Below are positions 1 to 13,283 of a DNA stretch of 64,000 nt, in pieces. Source of the stretch: Callorhinchus milii (Eukaryota); contig NW_024704742.1 in NCBI RefSeq assembly GCF_018977255.1, forward strand, positions 9,178,001 to 9,242,000. Direction: 5' to 3'. Positions within the stretch are counted from its first letter, which is position 1. The number at the start of each line of letters is the position of its first letter. A program made the translations under genes and the position numbers. Below the pieces are notes generated by a model. The model worked only from the letters and a program-made list of their open reading frames with translations, was not told the DNA's origin and did no database searches.

Positions 1-389
1 TGCTTAGTGAAGGAAAGGTTCTGAAAATATTATTTCATGTAAAATCTTTTGACTCAGGCAAGCGCAACAAATCTCTTGAGCTTTAAGACCTACAGTTCAA
101 AGAAGGTCTGGTTTTAACAGACCGTATAAGCAACATTAGTCGTGTACCATGACTGAGCTGCACTACGTGAATGGTTTATTCATATCTGAACATGACGCAT
201 AGTTCAAGAAGTCACGACCCAAACATTTCTGTAATGGAAGCAAAGTTTAAAAACAACCTTCACCTTCCCTAGGGACAAGAAGTGGTCCATATCCCCCAGT
301 CTGTATCTCTGGATTCCAGTTCCTGAATGTATTCAAGGATGCATCTAGTGTAATGAGGCATTTAGATAATTGTAGACCTGGTTGTTTAT

Positions 390-640
390 TTCTCTTAGGA
401 GACTGAAAGAAACTCCCGTCTCTTTTAGAACAGTGCCTTGGCATCTTTAACGTCCACCCAAACAGGCAGATATGACCTTGGTTAACATCCCATCCGGAAG
501 ATGCCACTTCCAACCACTTTGTGCTCTCAGCACTATAGTGGAGTATAATCTTAGATTTTGAGTTTAAAGTCCCAATATTCGTCTTGAACACACAACCTTA
601 TTATTCAGCAGAGGCAAGAATGCTACCAACTGAGTCAGAT
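390..640 (-). mobile_element. Deu-domain SINE (family B), 5' part
   Basis: Reverse strand has a tRNA-like head (ctgactcagttggtagcattcttgcctc) and a Deu-type core (ggatgttaaccaaggtcatatctgcctgtttgggtggacgttaaagatgccaaggcac). Confidence 0.75.
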
Positions 641-682
641 CAATCAATTTTTGATGCTTGTCTATGAAGGCAATTATAAAAT

Positions 683-991
683 TAATAATCCTTGCATTTG
701 ATATAGCGCTTTTCACATCTTCTAGATGTCTCAAAGCGCTTCACAGAATAGACTGTAAAGTGAATTGACTGTATTTTTTGTGGGCGAAATGCGGCAGCCA
801 ATTGCGCACAGCAGTGTCCCACAAACAGTTGTGGTTTGAAGTGACCAATTTATTGTTGTTTTTTTTTCTTGAGGAATTATTATCAGTCGTGTGGAGTAAG
901 GAAACTTGCTCAAGGTTTCACCCTGCTGGGAATTGAACCCAGATCTTTCGCATGTAAAGCGAGTACTCTAACCACTGAGCTACAGGATTCC
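683..991 (-). mobile_element. tRNA-derived SINE family A, short form
   Basis: Head ggaatcctgtagctcagtggttagag with A/B boxes; body gtttgtgggacactgctgtgcgcaattggctgccgc; tail gcgctatatcaaatgcaaggattatt. Confidence 0.9.
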
Positions 992-2159
992 ATATTTCTA
1001 GTCAATAAATGTTGCTTGCTTTCAAAGGTGAGACAAAGCAGTGTGTAACTTTTGTAGTGATTGTCCTTCCTGATGCTTGTTTGCTTCTTAACTCAGAAAC
1101 TCAGTTTCTTCTAGTTTGCTGATCTTCAATCCTCTGGATAAAATTGGTCATTCACTTCATGGCTGTTGATGAGTCATTTCTTTGTACAAATTAGCTGTTG
1201 CATTTGCCTACAGATACACAGTCATTACACTTTATGTAAAGCATGTGATTCAATTTGAGGCAGTTCAATTATGTGATAATATAATAATAATCTTTGCATT
1301 TGATATAGTGCCTTATCCCCTCTTTGAGACTTCTCAAAGTACTTCACAGAATATACTGTAAAGTGTAGTGACTGCATATTGTGTGGGCGAAACAAAGGTG
1401 TTGTATTAATTGTAGCTATTATTATTTTTATTGTATATTTTATTACACTGGAAAGAAGCTTGAAAACCTGTGCTTGTGGTTACTCCAGCTGCTCTGGCTG
1501 GTTGTGTAAGTGTTTTTGGTGGGATGTAAAATGGCTATTAAGTAGAATGATGGTTCACTTCGAAGCCAAACCAAAACTATTTGTGTGGAATGTCCATTGA
1601 TTGGTTTAGCAGGTTAATCAATGTCACCCTTGAGTACATTTCCAGTGCAACAGAAATTTCCAGTTCAGCAATCCTTAAATTTTACCTGTGTGCCGAATGT
1701 TAATGTATATAATGCAGTCTGTCACACAAATTTGTGGAAAATGCTCTCAATAGCTCTGTCTATTTCCTTCACAACTGGAAACAATTGCCTTATTATTCAA
1801 TTGTGTTCACCGGGAGTCATGTCTGTCCAACGGTCTTCAATCAATGTCACTCCAGGACTATTTTTAAGTATTGTCGGTACTATTTATTTTTATTGAAAAT
1901 ATAATGTATTTTGTAAAAGGCTGAAACCGTGACTCTGTGATTTATGGCTTTGTCTCAGCTGAGCACCTTATTAATACAGCCTTATTACTCACATCCAACT
2001 ATCCCAAACGTGTATCTCTTATATATATTAGCAACAAATAAAAGATTGGTTAGATACACGATTGTTGGCTGTTACAGGGCTTGTGTATCTCTTGTATCCT
2101 GTACACCCCTGTGCGCTTGTCTCATGAATCAATATAGAAACCACTATATCCCGAACAGC

Positions 2160-2445
2160 TTGCTGGACAGTGATATAAATGGCAAGCTATGCGGTTTTAG
2201 CTGGTTGGACTCCAGCAGTTCCCCCAACGCACACTCTGGGGTCCCCAAGCCTTGGCTCTTGCCAACCTGCGCCTAATACTTTCCGGAATTAAGTAAGCAG
2301 GATGTGTCCCTCCAGGGAGAGAGTGTGCATTCCATTCCAACAATCTATCCCTGGGATTTCCATGTGTAAATCTGAGCTTGGTTTGGATACTCTTAAGCAT
2401 GAAGATGGGTTTCCACAAGTGTCAGACACCTGGCTGACCAAAAAT
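2160..2445. repeat. Unclassified interspersed repeat family U
   Basis: High similarity in opposite orientation to 48700-49000 (ggcaagagccaaggcttggggaccccagagtgtgcgttgggg). Confidence 0.85.
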
Positions 2446-2489
2446 GAACTGTAACCTTGCGGTGGAAGATGGGGGTGGAGGGAGGTCCA

Positions 2490-2605
2490 ACCATTCTGTG
2501 CTCCCAGCACTATACTGAAGTATAACCTTAGACTTTGCGTTAAAAGTCCCAACATTGGACTTGAACACACAACCTTATTATTTAGAGGCAAGAATGCTAC
2601 CAATC
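2490..2605 (-). mobile_element. Deu-domain SINE head fragment
   Basis: Similar to 520-630 (cacacaaccttattatt...gaggcaagaatgctaccaa). Confidence 0.65.
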
Positions 2606-2614
2606 CTATGCCAT

Positions 2615-2697
2615 TTTAGCCTGTTAGACTCCAGCAGTACCCCAACACACACTTTGGGTTCCCCAAGTCTTGACTCTTGCCAACTGCGCCTAATACG
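2615..2697. repeat. Family U fragment
   Basis: Direct copy of 2195-2278 (gactccagcagt...cttgccaactgcgcctaatac). Confidence 0.8.
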
Positions 2698-3987
2698 CCT
2701 AATAATAATACTCCTTGCATTTGATATAGCGTCTTATCACGTCATTGAGATGTCTCAAAGCGCTTCACAGAATATGCTGTAAAGTGTAATGTATTTTTAT
2801 TAGATAATGGTCAAGCCTGAACCACAAGAAATGAAGCAGGATTTCTATTTACTTCACGTTTTGTTTATACCAAATTTTGCATCCATTTGCAACTGTGATA
2901 CAATGACTTGAATATACTTTGCTTAAAATGAACTTCCTGAAGCACTTCAAAGATGATTGGGATTATCAAGTAAATCGGAGAGGAGTGGGAGTCTGCGGGT
3001 GTCAGCCAAAGTCATGGTTGAAGAGAAATATTTTTAAAGTGGGGATAGAAAACACAAAGGCAAGGGATTTTGGGAGGGAGCACGGGCATAATGATTGAAG
3101 GCCTGGCCACCAGTGGTGGGACAACAACAACAATTTGCATTTATATAGCGCCCCCTACCGCAGGGCAGTGTCCCAGAGTGTTTAACGTGAAGATTGAGCA
3201 ATGAACCAGTATTGGAAAAGCGTACGTAGAGAACGGTCAAGAGAATGGAGCTGCTGGAGATTTGCTGATTGGCAATCTCAGGTCGGAGCTGATCTCTTTT
3301 AAACAACTCTGGTATCTCCCCTCCTGGAGACCCAGACTAATAGGCTGTATCTGGCTAAGGGCAACAGTAAGGCTGCTAGTTCTTGGAGGATTTTTTTTCA
3401 ATCCCATTGTTAACAACTGTATCCTCCTTGATGTCAATTAAGGCAGGTAACTGCTTAACAGAAGAGCTCTACAAGCAATATAAAAGATAGCTAGTGGCAG
3501 TGTAGGTGTTTGTGGAGCTGATTACAACAGGACAGCTATTGAGGGCATCCTCACCTCAAGCTGCTCATCAAATTATTCTTTCAGCACTAACTATTACAGA
3601 TTACAATCCAGGGAAACCTTTGAGATATTTTTTCTATTGTACTGGAGTTCATCAACCAGAACTGTGGTTACCTGGCTCTCATAATGCCTTAATAATATCA
3701 TGGTTCTTGTTTCTGGAATTGTGAAGGCTGGGAATCGAGGTTCTTGTCCTCAAAGAACTTCACATAATTTCTTTGAATTAATCATCCTACAAAATCCACT
3801 TTCCCGACATGAAAGTCACGACACAAATGTAATTTTGACCGCGCCAATGGCCACCCTCTTACCCTCCATTTGAATGTTCAAACATCTGATGGCTGTGAAG
3901 GTAAAGTACAGCACAAAACCTCAGACTCGGCAAAGAAAGTTCAGGAGAGAAACATACCAACAATTCTGTTGTGAGACAAGTTGTAAG

Positions 3988-4379
3988 AATAATAATCCAT
4001 GCATTTGATATAGCACCTTATCACATTTTCGAGACATCTCAAAAGAGCTTCACAGAATATACTGTAAAGTGTAGTGACTATACATTTTGTGGGCGAAACG
4101 CGGCAGCCAAGTGCCACCCCAGTGTCCCACAAACAGTAATGGATTGAGTGACTAAATCATTATTTATCTATTTATCTATTGATTGATTGATTGATTCATT
4201 CATTCATTCATTCATTCTTATCTTTTTTGAAGGGATTATTACCCCCGGAAAAGCGATCTGCCAATTGAATACTAACCTGGTTCCTACTTACTGCTAGATA
4301 AACAGAGGGGTGTGGAGTAAGGAAAACTTGCCCAGTGTTTCGCCCTGCCCGAGAATTGATCCAGGTCCCCTCACTTGTG
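3988..4379 (-). mobile_element. SINE family A, long form
   Basis: Body and tail match the other copies; the internal linker has expanded into (TTGA)n/(TTCA)n. Confidence 0.9.
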
Positions 4380-4437
4380 CTGACTGGATAAAGCGAGATT
4401 CATGTGGAAGGAAAATGAATTCAAGACATCTGATGGT

Positions 4438-4700
4438 GATAATAATCCTTGCATTTGATATAGCACCTTATCACATCCTTGAGACATCTCAAAGCACTTC
4501 ACACAATCTACTGTAAAGTGAATTGATTGTATATTTTGTGGGCGAAATGCAGGAGCCAATTGCACTCAGCAGTGTCCCACAAAGAGTTGAGGATTGAGTG
4601 ACCAAATTAATATTTATTTATTTGTAGGGATTAATAACCCCGGAAAGCAATCCGCCAATCGATTAACAACTGAATTCCTATGTAGTGCTAGGTAAACACA
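4438..4700 (-). mobile_element. SINE family A, 5'-truncated
   Basis: Tail and body match family A. Confidence 0.85.
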
Positions 4701-5542
4701 GTGAGCACAGGATTCTTAATTAAGGGACCACAGTAATTCCAGAGATGGTACATTTTTCATTTTCATTTTTGCTTGAATTCATTTTCCTTCCACCTGAATC
4801 TCGCTGTAACAATAACTAGTACAGTTAGAGATGATAATGCTTCGGCTTTTCCTGTTGTCTAGTTCTGGAGCCGTATCGATTCCCAGAGCAGATTGGCAAT
4901 GCCCACTTCTCTCTAACCTGCCCACCCCCTTGTTTTCCCCACTTACCCTTGTTTTAAGAACTCTCCAATTCTGTTCGCTGTCTCTCCCCTTCTTCAATCT
5001 TTAGTTTTTGCATAAGCTAGCTGAAACACTTCAGATCTGCAAATTGCTTCTCCAAACCTTTCACATGCAATATTTCTCCTTGCCTCAGACCCACTTATAT
5101 AATATATATTCAATTATATGATACAAAATACATTATACATATATTCAAGCGTATTTGGAGACAAGTAAATTAACTCTCTCTCATACAGATAACTCTATAG
5201 ATTTAACTAACATATAAAACCGTAAGGAGAAGATATGTATATGTACATATGTTACGATGGATTTGGGAAAAGAACCTGACATAAATTTACAATTTACATT
5301 TATATAGCACTGTCCATGTCAGGAGGACATCTCGAAACACTTAAGTAGCCGGACATCAGCACTTTAAAATCACCACAGTTTCTTATGCTCGCAGTTAATA
5401 CTGCACTTTGAAACCCAGGAACATAAAGCAAACCTACAAACAAATAATTGCTGTAGAAATATAAATGGCTTAACAACCAGGTTTATGATAAACCATCATT
5501 GGTAAAATTCCACTGGAATTGGGTCAGGATTGTTCTCTATAA

Positions 5543-5893
5543 ATCCTGTATTTTAGTGGTTAGAGCACCCGCCTCACAAGCGAGAGGACCTGGGTTTGAT
5601 TCCCGGGAGGGCAAAATTTTGGTCAAGTTTTCTCACTCGACACGTCTCGGTTTACCTAGCAGTAAATAAGAATCGGTTGTTAGTTGTTTGTCGGATTGGT
5701 TTTCTGGGGTAATAATCCCTTTGAAAAAAGTTTTGGACACTTAATCCATCACTGTTTGCGGACACTGCTGTGCACAATTGGCTGCTGCGTTTCACCCACA
5801 AAACATACAGTCGATTCACTTTACAGTATACATATTGAAATGACTAGCAGTCGTGAAAAGCACGATATCAAATGTAAGGATTATTATTATTAT
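5543..5893 (+). mobile_element. SINE family A, long form
   Basis: Head tcctgtattttagtggttagagcacccgcctcacaagcgagaggacctgggtttgattccc; (TTA)n tail. Confidence 0.9.
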
Positions 5894-6456
5894 AAATGTA
5901 GCATTTCAGCATGTGCTGAAATTCACTTTTAACATTGAAGCCTGTTTCTGTTGTTCTTTAAAAAAAAGGCTTTAAAATTAGAGGCTGTATTTAAGAATTT
6001 GACAAATGCTATGTTGATAAAGGTAAATGTAGACCCAGATGAAAATCCTACCCACACCTTTTTAAGAGATTTTATGATTTAATTTATTGGTTCAGTTTTG
6101 TGACTTGCTGACAGATTCTTTCATAGAACAATTAAACCACTATTTGTCATGACAACAGTTAATCTCATGAACCAGCCATTAAGACACCAGAACGTGTAGA
6201 ACAGCAAGTCTGATGCTGAGCAATGCCAAAGGGCTAATGTATGTTTACAGCAACTGCAATTAGTAGCAAAATGCAGATCTATAAATAGTGGATCTTAAAG
6301 TTTATCTCGGCTATAATAAAGCCCTTATTACAGTGTGTTTTGCCAGCTCCAATAAACGCCTTACAATGTAGTTGTGCTGCACAATAATGGAACAGCATGG
6401 ACACATGACAATGCAACCAAAGAAAGTGATGGAAACCAGTTATTAAAATGTTCAGG

Positions 6457-6760
6457 TGTCAGCCTGGCTCAGTTGATAACATCTTCACTGCTCAATCAGA
6501 AAGTTGTGGGTTCAAACCACAACACATAAGCTCATAGCCTCATTTGGAGCTTCTCGTCTGACACCCCAATGCAGTTCTGGAGAGGATGGGGGCTGGGGAT
6601 GGGTGAGATGTTAAATTGAGATCCTGGTGGATGATAAAGATCCCATGACTCTGTTTGAAAAGTGTCCTGGCCAACAATCTCCCCAAATAAAATTGATCGC
6701 TCATTTCATGGCTGTTTGTGTGGAAATTGCTGCTACATTTGCCCTGAAAATGCACAGTCA
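6457..6760 (+). mobile_element. Deu-domain SINE (family B)
   Basis: gtgtcagcctggctcagttgata head; gagatgttaaattgag...aaagatcccatgac core. Confidence 0.75.
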
Positions 6761-6762
6761 CT

Positions 6763-7908
6763 ACAACAACAACAACAAGATTTCATTTATAGAGCGCCTT
6801 TCACGTCGGGAGGACGTCCCAAGGTGCTGGACAGTTGGGTCAGGATCCGAGCAGCGGGGGTATTGGTCAGGGTGAGGGGAGGGAAGGGAGGGAGCGAGGA
6901 GGGGGTAGGGAGTCGAGAGGGGAGCTGAAGGCACCGTCAAAGAGAAAGGTCTTGAGACCGGCCTTGAAGGAGGAAAGGGAGGAAGCGGCGAAGGCACTGG
7001 GGGATAGAGTTCCAGAGCCTCGGGGCTGAGAGGCTGAAGGCCCAGCCAACGATGGTAGGGCGGTTGGGGCGGGGGATGTGGAGCAGACCGGAGCCAGAGG
7101 AACGGAGGGTACGGGCAGGTAAGTAGAGGGATTGTAGGTCGGAGAGGCAGGAGAGAGCGAGGCCGTGAATGGCCTTGTAGGTGAGGATGAGGATCTTGAA
7201 TTCGATCCTCTGGGGGATGGGGAGCCAGTGGAGGCGAGCGAGGGTGGGAGTGATGTGGTCCCGAAGCCTGGTGCGGGACAGTACATGAGCTGCAGAGTTC
7301 TGAATGACCTGCAGTGTGGAGGGAGGTGCCGGGAAGGCCGGCGAGGAGAGAGTTCCCATAGTCCAGCCTTGAGGTGATAAAGGCGCGGACCAGTGTTTCA
7401 GCAGCGTGAGGGGTGAGGTAGTGCCGTAGTCTGGTGATGTTTCAGAGGTGATGGAAGGCGGTGCCAGTTGTGGCGCGGATATGAGGAAGAAAGGACAGCT
7501 CATGGTCAAACAGAACACCGAGGTTTCTGACCGGCTTTGAGAGGTGGAGAGTGCAGCCTTGGATGCTGATGCTGTCAGCGCCTGAGGTGCGGAGGCGCTG
7601 ACATGAGCCAATCGGGAGGGCCTCAGTTTTGCGCACATTGAGCTGAAGAAAGTTGTCTCTCGTCCAGGACTCGATGTCGGACAGGCAGCTGTCAGGACAT
7701 CGGTGGTCGTGGAGTTGAGGGTAGAGGAGGAGAGGTAGAGTTGGGTGTCATCTGCATACATGTGGAAGTTAACCCCATGTTTGCGGATGATGTCACCACA
7801 GGGGGAGCATATAGAGGCTGAAGAGGAGGGGACCGAGGACAGAGCCCTGAGGAACACCGCGCGAGACAGTGTGGGGGCTGGAGGAAAAGCCATTTGTGGA
7901 AACAAAAT
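6763..7908 (-). mobile_element. L2-clade LINE, 5'-truncated and frameshifted RT/C-terminus plus 3' tail
   Basis: Motifs [48 protein letters not shown] and AFSLSAPRLWNSIP across frames; (TTG)n tail at about 6763-6780. Confidence 0.95.
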
Positions 7909-7924
7909 GAAGACACTCGACTCT

Positions 7925-8045
7925 ACAGTTTCCCGCTGCTTGTCTAGCTAGGACCACCCTACTGGTTTGGGCTTTGGCTTGCAGGGTTAACAGAAGCTGA
8001 ACGGGAGGCTTCCCTGCCCCCTGTGTCTGATCTACCCTTTCAACT
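7925..8045. repeat. Family U fragment
   Basis: tttcccgctgcttgtctagctaggacca...ggctttggcttgcagggttaacagaagctga matches 23020-23090 and 49000-49090; a shorter piece recurs at about 8180-8225. Confidence 0.75.
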
Positions 8046-8974
8046 CCTGCATTAATTTAAATGAGTTCAAAAAGGGATTTTCACTGAGCTCTTGATAAGA
8101 ATAATAATCCCTGCATTTAATATTGCACTTTCACAAGTTGTTAAAACATCTACAAGTGCTTTACAGGACTTACTGGAGAGTGTCTGGCAAGCTTTCCTGC
8201 TGCTTGTCCAGCTAGGACCATTCTACCAAGTCAGAGCTTTGTGGAGAGAGTAGTATAAACACCACTGCTCCACTTTGCTCCCCTTGGTAGAGTGTTAATA
8301 TGACTTTGCTCCAGTACTATATTAATTGTACTGGATGTAAGTTTTTTTTCCATTGTTCAACTCATGATCACTAGACAGTATCTTGCCTCTGGCTTTTTGG
8401 GGAATGCAGCTTTCCAGCTATGTTGAATTGCAGCAGGATCCATTAATGTTCTTTAATCTATGATTTATTTTAATCACTTTCAGAAATCTGAGACATCTCT
8501 TAAGGCAGATAATGGAACAAAGCTATTTACATTTTATTGGCTAAAAATCTAAAATGCAAATCTGATCTTTTACAAATACATTAACAATTAAAATTGTGCT
8601 GTAATATTCATCATGCCTAAAGAAGTCCAGTATAATATAAATAGTATATTATATATAATATAATAAATAGAGCTTCTCAAAATGATAGTCTTGCAGGCAA
8701 TGAACACTATGGTGAAACACAAAATCCAGAGAGCGCAGAAGAGGTGGATATCAGCAAGCAATTTGATTCAGACTGTGGGACCAGAGCTAGATTTAAATAG
8801 GTCTAAATTTAACAAGTGAGTCTAGATTGAAAGAATGTTCTTCCCCACAGAATGGTGGGTCAGACACATGATGAAATATTTAAATGAATTCCTTCAGAAT
8901 AAGCTTTGTGAACATTCAGCAAGAACAGTGAAAGAAAAAATATTGGCAGTGTCTTATCAGGGCAACTTCTCATG

Positions 8975-9225
8975 TTAGCTTGGCTCAGTTGGTAGCATTC
9001 TTGTCTCTGACAACGAAGGTTGCGGGTTCAAGCCCCACGTTGGAACGTTGAACTCAGTCTGGGTTGAGACTCCAATGCCGTCCTGGAGGAGTGCTGGGTG
9101 GTTGGAGTTCCTGTATTTTATATGAAATGTTAAACCAAGATCTGCCAAGTCAGTTAGATGTTAAAGTATCTTGGCACAATTCAAGAAGGGAGTTTCTCCC
9201 AGTGCCCTGGCCATCAATCCCCCAG
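8975..9225 (+). mobile_element. Deu-domain SINE (family B)
   Basis: ttggctcagttggtagcattcttgtctctga...ggttcaagcccc head; gaaatgttaaaccaagatctg core. Confidence 0.75.
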
Positions 9226-10050
9226 TTAGACAGCAACTCTGATAATACATTTCTCCAACTGCACTGGATTATCCACCCAGATTGGTAATTCAAGTTTCAA
9301 CTGGCTTTATAGAGCAAGTGCGGACTGAGTTCCAAAATGTTCCAGGGAAAATGTTAGTACATGTAATAATAATCACAATAATGATCCTTGCATTTGATAT
9401 AGCACCTTATCAAGTCTGCAATACTTTCCTTGTATCTCTTATGTTCATGAAGAGGTCCGGGATTTGTATGTGCATATGTGTGTGTGTGTAGGGGTTGGAT
9501 GGGGGGATGGTAGCTCAAGATTGAACACAGGAAATACGAGGATGAATATATTTTCTGGAGATTTTGCTTGATTGCCTTTGTGGATCATGGAGTATCTCTG
9601 CTGAATATTCTCCCAGAATGGATTGAGTGGAGTGGAAAGCATGTTACGGTGGGGTTTTGAATGCTCAGTAGATGGAGCAGCATTGCTGGGTTGTAGTGTG
9701 CTGTGTAGCAGCACCAAACAAGCCACTTCTCCGACACAGTTAATTCAGACCATTCTGCTGCAGTACTCTGTGTTTTTGCTTGTTAAGCAACTGAGGTGTC
9801 TGATGCGTTAGAATGGTGTGACATGTGTCTTTTTTGATGATCTGTCAGTCAGGGTTGCTTTACACAAGAGAGCGAGAGAGAGATAGATTTTATAAGTTCA
9901 TATACAGCAATCATTTCAAAACTTACAAGTAACTTGAATTGTTTCCTTCCACACTCGGGGATAAAGGATGATATGACCTGACAGTCATTCCATGGTTCCT
10001 AGTGTTCTTAACTATTACTGCACCTTGTGGATCAGAACTCCCCAGCCCAT

Positions 10051-10195
10051 ACAGAATCATAGAATCATAGAATTTACAGCACAGAAAGAGGCCATTCGGC
10101 CCATCGTGTCTGTGCCAGGTCTTTGAAAAGAGCTATCCAAATCAATCCCACTCCCCCGCTCTCTCGCCATAGCCCTGCAAACTTGTCCTCCCCAC
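10051..10195 (-). mobile_element. CR1-clade LINE 3' UTR
   Basis: (agaatcat)n 8-mer tail and ggccattcggccc motif typical of CR1 3' ends. Confidence 0.8.
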
Positions 10196-10464
10196 CAGAG
10201 AGCGACAATTTAAATTCAGGTTTCAGGATGTGTCAGGAACTCCAAATTAATTGAGAAATTAAACTGAGCTCATGAAAAATTATGGAGATGAAAATTGTGG
10301 CATGTGATATTATTGTGCGTGATAATTATCGCATCCACGCAAAAAGCAATCAAAAGCAGAACAATGGTGTTGAAGATTAGACTACTCCTCTCCCACCTGC
10401 ACTAAGCTCAACAATAACTATTAACTGCTTTTAATTGCACTTTAGTTGAAATGCTAATTTAGCC

Positions 10465-10840
10465 GTTAAACCAATGTCTACCTGCCTGTTCAGGCAGACG
10501 TCAGAAATCGTATGAGACGATTAGAAAAGGGAAGGGAGTTTCCCCCTGTGACCTGGTCAACAATCTACCAAATAAAATTGCTCATTCACTTCCTGGCTGT
10601 TTGTGGGACATGGCTGTGTATAAATTGTCTACCATGTTCACCTACAAATACAGTCACTACACTTTATAAAAACTTTGAAGTGTTTGAGACATTTCAATGT
10701 TATATGTACTGTCATTTTATTGTTGGGCTGTTGCATTCGCCTACAAAATAGACACGACACTTAACTGTAAGATTGCTGTAAAGGATTTGAGACGATTGAA
10801 TGTTGTAACAGGTGCCATATCAAATACAAGGATTATTATC
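10465..10840 (+). mobile_element. Deu-domain SINE, 3' portion with a duplicated tail segment
   Basis: cgttaaaccaatgtctacctgcctgttcagg core plus the shared SINE tail. Confidence 0.65.
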
Positions 10841-10909
10841 TTCCAGGGGCTCACATAATGCAAAATTGGTTCAAGATCCTGAGCTCCTCTGTGCTACATT
10901 GTATGTGTC

Positions 10910-11210
10910 AGGCTCAGATACTTCTGAGTCAGGTTATAGGTTAAAGCTCCACATTGGGACTTGGAACTCATAGCCTACACTGACACTTCAATGCAGTACT
11001 GGACAATAAGATCCCATGGCGCTATGCAAAAAGAGAAGGGAATTTCTTTCAATGTCTCTCTTCATGGCTGTTTGTGAGACATTACTGTGTCCAAATTGGT
11101 TGCTGCCAATTGTCCACAAAACAATCACTGCACTTTACAGCATATCCTGTAAAGTGGTTTTGGTCATCCTCTCTATGTGAAAGATGCTATACCAAACGTA
11201 AGTTTTACTA
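10910..11210 (+). mobile_element. Deu-domain SINE, internally deleted
   Basis: tcatagcctacactgacacttcaatgcagtactgg...agatcccatggcgcta. Confidence 0.6.
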
Positions 11211-12492
11211 TGTTGAATTGTCTTGAAATCAATTTCTGTTGAAAACGCTGCTGCAACATCTTACGTTGACTGCTAAAAATAGAGGTAAGTCTTTTAACTT
11301 TGAAATCCTATTGCAGAGATAAAATGTTGGAGTCGTTTTTTTTGAATTATTAAAGTATATTGCAAATGCTGGATGCACTTAGGCTCAGGACTCTTGCTGT
11401 ATTGCCCAAATCTGATCTAGGTTACAGCTGTATTTGTGTTTGGAGTTCTAAATTTCCTCTCCTGCTGTGAAAATTGCATAACATCCACATGTTTGATTTT
11501 CTGGCCTATGTTAAAAAAAATTGAAGTACAGAACTACAACAACAATAATTTACATTTATGTAGCGCTATTCACATCAGGAGGACATCAGGAAAAGTTTCT
11601 TTTTGCACAGCTAACTGGGAGTGCTACAAAATGTTTCCTCAGTCTGCGAATAAACAGTTTCATTGAAGACTGACATGCTCACTTACAAAATACAGTCAAT
11701 CCACTTTACAGTATATTCTGTGAAGCACTTTGAGATGTCTCAATGACATGATAAGGTGCTATATCAAATGCAAGGATTATGAGGATTATTACAAATATTC
11801 ACTGCACTCAACTATGAAATCCTGTGAAGCTCTTAGGTGTCTTGATGGTGTGGTAAGGGGCTATGTCAAATGCAAGAATGATTATCATTTTTAGTGCAAT
11901 CTTAGCACCTCAACTTGTGAAAGGGTTAAAAGCGAAGTAACAGTGATGTGACTTGATTCACATGTTATCAAGTTGGCTATATCCAAAGGTTGCCTGAATC
12001 ACTAATGCTCCCTAAAGTGACCTAAAATACCTCAAAGTACTATGAATGGTGTTCTTACAAATATAAAGTACTGGTCTGATATCCCACAGCCCCAGGCCTC
12101 AGTTGGCAGTACTCAGTGATCTCAGAACAAGCACTTGCACTTAATAACTCAACCATTTCTTCACTGCTGTTAGTTTAGTGGGCAATGTGACTGGAAGGAT
12201 TTGCTTCGGTTGCTTTCAAAACTGATCTCTTGCAGTTCTCAAGTGAAATGCAGACCAACATTTGATTCTTGTTGCTGTGTTGGTGTATGGCTTCTCCTGA
12301 TTCCACCAGGCCTCGCTTTACATTACTTCTGCTGAGCTTTTGTGTAGGTGCATCGGAGCAGGGTAGGGAGAGAGTAAACCCACACATCACATGGCAAATT
12401 CAGAGGCATTTTCCTTTCTCGTGAAAGGTCAAAGAGTCCCTATAAGGCTCTTTGGCTGTTTGCAAGCAAGTAAGTTCTGATTTCAAAAAGTA

Positions 12493-12790
12493 AATAATCA
12501 TAATCCTTGCATTTGATATAGCGCCTTATCACTTCTTTGAGACATCTCAAAGCACTTCACAGGATATGCTGTAAAGTGAATTGACTGTATATTTTGTGGG
12601 CGAAATGCGGCAGCCAATTGCGCACAGCAGTGTCCCACAAACAGTCTTGGATTGAGTGACCAAATGATTATTTTTTTTTGAAGGAATTATTACTCCCGGA
12701 AAAGTGATCCACCAATCACCTAACAATCGGGATCCAACTTACTGCTGGGTAAACAGAGGCGTGTGGAGTAAGGAAACTTGCTCACCCTGC
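12493..12790 (-). mobile_element. SINE family A, long form
   Basis: Body and tail match family A. Confidence 0.9.
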
Positions 12791-13024
12791 ATTTTAGCTG
12801 CTTGTGGGACATTGCTATGCACAATTGGCTGTCACATTTGCCTACAAATGCAGTCACTTCACTTTACCACAATTACCCGTGAAGCATTACAATTTCAACA
12901 TTACAAATGCAATATCAAATGCAAGGGTTATAATTCTTTTATATATAAATTACATTAGACTGCATGCTCCACCGCAGAGTGGATTGAATGGGAATTTCAT
13001 GCTGAGTTGCTGGTGGCGAGATAT

Positions 13025-13283
13025 CATTTGGCAGTCGCTTTCCAGGAGGTAATAATCCCTCCAAAAAATATTAATTTGGTCACTCAATCCATGACTGTAT
13101 GTGGGACACTGCTATGCGCAATTGCCTACCGTGTTTCGCCCACAAAATACACAGGCATTACACTTACAGTATATCCTGTGAAGCACTTTGGGACGTCTAA
13201 ACGACATATAAGGCGCTATATCAAATACAAGGATTTCAATACAAAGATATTTATTATTATATCAAATGCAAGGATTATTATCA
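13025..13283 (+). mobile_element. SINE family A 3' half with duplicated tail
   Basis: tatatcaaat(a/g)caaggatt occurs twice. Confidence 0.85.

Noticed and set aside
4940..5080. Strong minus-strand donor (AGG|gtaagt) after a coiled-coil-looking peptide
   Set aside because: The frame has in-frame stops and no clear acceptor; at best a decayed LINE ORF1.
6937..7905. 322-aa ORF containing YADD
   Set aside because: A mosaic of frames from a truncated, frameshifted L2, not a functional RT gene.
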